NCBI RefSeq assembly: GCF_964188315.1
Contig: NC_135656.1
Span: 111,166,001-111,230,000, forward strand
Reading direction: 5' to 3'
Source: Podarcis muralis
Taxonomy: Eukaryota
DNA: 64,000 nt
Both the position numbers and the translations under genes were made by a program. The notes below the pieces were generated by a model. It searched no databases and was not told the origin of the DNA. It saw only the letters and a program-made list of their open reading frames with translations. Shown here one piece after another: positions 61,949 through 64,000 of this stretch; positions within the stretch are counted from its first letter, which is position 1, and each line of letters opens with the position of its first letter.

Positions 61949-62209
61949 GCCAGGTTTTGCTAATGTAATATCTTCCAGATGTTGTCAGACTCCCAAGGCT
62001 GTGTGTACACACCATAGGCTTAAATCACACCACTTCACCCAAAGGATCCTGGGAACCGTGCAGGGGGTTGGACTAGATGATCTTCACGGTTCCTCCCAAC
62101 TCTACAATTCTATGATGCTATGATTCTCCCCTAGCCCATCGTTCTCTGATCAGACGTGTATTTTTTTTCCTGGGCTTCAGGTGGACTGACCTCTGAATAA
62201 TTGAAATTG

Positions 62210-62597
62210 AAATACTTTATTGTCACTTGTACAACTTGTATACAGTGAGATTACACGAGCACCTCCACCCCACTCAGCTCTCTTAGTCAAAATTCCCCTC
62301 GTTTACTGACGCACACCCACCAAACCCGAAAGTCAGCTGCCCTGTTGTGATCTTTTCATTCAGCAGCCTAACAGCCCACGGATAGAAGCTGTTCTTTACC
62401 CTGTTGGTGCGACAAATCATGCTTCTATATCTTCTGCCTGAGGGCAGGAGATCAAGAAAGTGCCGGCCAGGGTGTGAATCGTCCCTGAGAATTTCCCTCA
62501 CTCTCCTGAGGCAACGCTCTTCCGCTATTTCATCCAGCGGATTCACGGGACAGCCCATAATATCTTCTGCTGTATTCACCACCCTCTGTAGGAGGGT
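62210..62597 (-). mobile_element. Rex1/Babar-clade LINE 3' fragment
   Basis: 'ILRDDSHPG…F.LLPSGRRYRS…RTNR.KNSFYP.AVRLLN' matches the Rex1 RT C-terminus as I recall it. Confidence 0.8.
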
Positions 62598-62629
62598 GAA
62601 TGTCGCAAAACTCTTTTATATTTTTTAAG

Positions 62630-62725
62630 GAACAAATCAAGGCCCGCCTAGAGTCTCTGAAGGATGAGAGAGAGAAACTTGTGGAGCAGAAATCAGCCGA
62701 AGAGTTGAGGAGGCAGGAGTGTGTG
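62630..62725 (+). CDS. TRIM-D coiled-coil exon (96 nt)
   Basis: ttttttaAG|GAA…GTG|GTAGGT; EQIKARLESLKDEREKL…RQECV. Confidence 0.9.
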
Positions 62726-63816
62726 GTAGGTATTTGTTCTTGCAAATCATGTGTTAGGACTCCTCAGGCCACCCTGTCACTAAGAGAAATATCTTCCTAT
62801 ATGTTGGCCGGTATTGGTGTTGTTCTGTGGAGGCTATGGACTCCTTAGACTAGGATGTACAGGGTGAAGCCATTTGATTGCTTCCCAAAATGCCCAGCTG
62901 AGCTGCTTCTTGTCGCTTTTCAAGAACACGGACAGGAAACAGATTTGTCACATACGCATCCCTGTTTACACACACATTCAAATCACCTGTGTGTTTGCTC
63001 CCCAAAGTGGCAGCTTGTTCGTCCCCCAGAACACAGTTGCCATTGGAGTACTGATGAGCAGAATGAACCGGAGGATGAGTAATAAACTTCCACAGGGGAT
63101 GGTACCTGTTTGTACCTGTTAGAATGTGTTTAGAAATCTGGGCGGGACGCGGGTGGTGCTGTGGTCTAAACCACTGAGCCTCTTGGGCTTGCCGATCAGA
63201 AGGTCGGCAGTTCAAATCCCTGCGATGGGGTAAGCTCCCGTTGCTCTGTCCCAGCTTCTGGCATACTAGCAGTTCTAAAGCACACCAGTGCAAGTAGATA
63301 AATGGGTACCGCTGTGGCGGAAAAGTAAACGGCGTTTCCGTGCGCTCTGGTTTCCGTCACAGTGTCCCGTTGCGCTAGAAGTGGTTTAGTCATGCTGGCC
63401 ACATGCTGTCTGTGGACAAACACTGGCTCCCTCAGCCTGCAAGCAAGATGAGTGCCGCAACCCCATAGTCGCCTTTGACTGGACTTAACCGTCCAGGGCT
63501 CCTTTACCTTTTTACCTTAGATTAGTTGGGCAAAATGCCCCATTACCTTAATCTATAGCAGTGTTTCCCAGACTGGGATCTTTAGCTGTTTTCAGACTAC
63601 AATTCCCATCACCCTGACCCCTGGTCTTGCTAGTGAGGGATGATGGGAGTCGTAGTCCGAAAACAGCTGGACTACGTTTGGGAAACGCTGATCTACAGCT
63701 TACGAAAGAGCATTATTATGAACAGTCAGCATCCTTTGACTGAAGCTCCTCGTCTCCCTTTGCCCTTTTCCAAATTTCTTTGTATTTCCCCCACTCCGCC
63801 CACTTCCCTCCCATAG

Positions 63817-64000
63817 GCGGGGTTAGAAATGGAGAAGCAGAAGATCAGAATTGCCTTTGAGAAGATGCAGGAGTTCCTTGAGGAGAAACTGAACCTGTGG
63901 CTCGGCCAGCTGGAAGATGTGGAGAGAGAGATGGGGAGGTGGCAGGAAGAGAACCTCTCCAGACTCTCTGAGGAGATTTCGCAACTCAGTGAGCTGATTG
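63817..64000 (+). CDS. TRIM-D second coiled-coil exon (runs off the window end)
   Basis: cccatAG|GCG; AGLEMEKQKIRIAFEKMQEFLEEK…LSEEISQLSELI. Homologous to the 231-nt exons; not present in the ORF track. Confidence 0.85.

Overview
Eukaryotic (vertebrate) genomic DNA. The repeat content (Sauria SINE, Squam1-type SINE, BovB, CR1, L2, L1, Rex1, Penelope, TA-flanked MITEs) points to a squamate, probably a lacertid lizard (inference). The window holds a tandem cluster of class-IV TRIM (RING/B-box/coiled-coil/B30.2) genes on the + strand, built by hand from GT-AG sites and codon phase. TRIM-A (5240-18210) has two successive RING exons, no intact B-box, and a second in-phase B30.2 terminal exon at 25106-25647 with no upstream exons of its own. 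TRIM-C (42802-53233, 7 exons, 473 aa) is complete. TRIM-D (57665 to beyond 64000) is partial. Between A and C, on the - strand, is a 3-coding-exon gene (34026-29207, 543 aa) with an N-terminal BC-box and Cul2-box followed by cysteine-type LRRs, a candidate Elongin-BC/Cullin-2 substrate receptor. There are four assembly gaps (5708-5844, 30668-30814, 40804-40938, 56485-56691). No rRNA, true tRNA or CRISPR array was found. All gene models and family assignments come from reading the sequence; no transcript data or database searches were available. Coordinates of LINE/SINE fragments are approximate.
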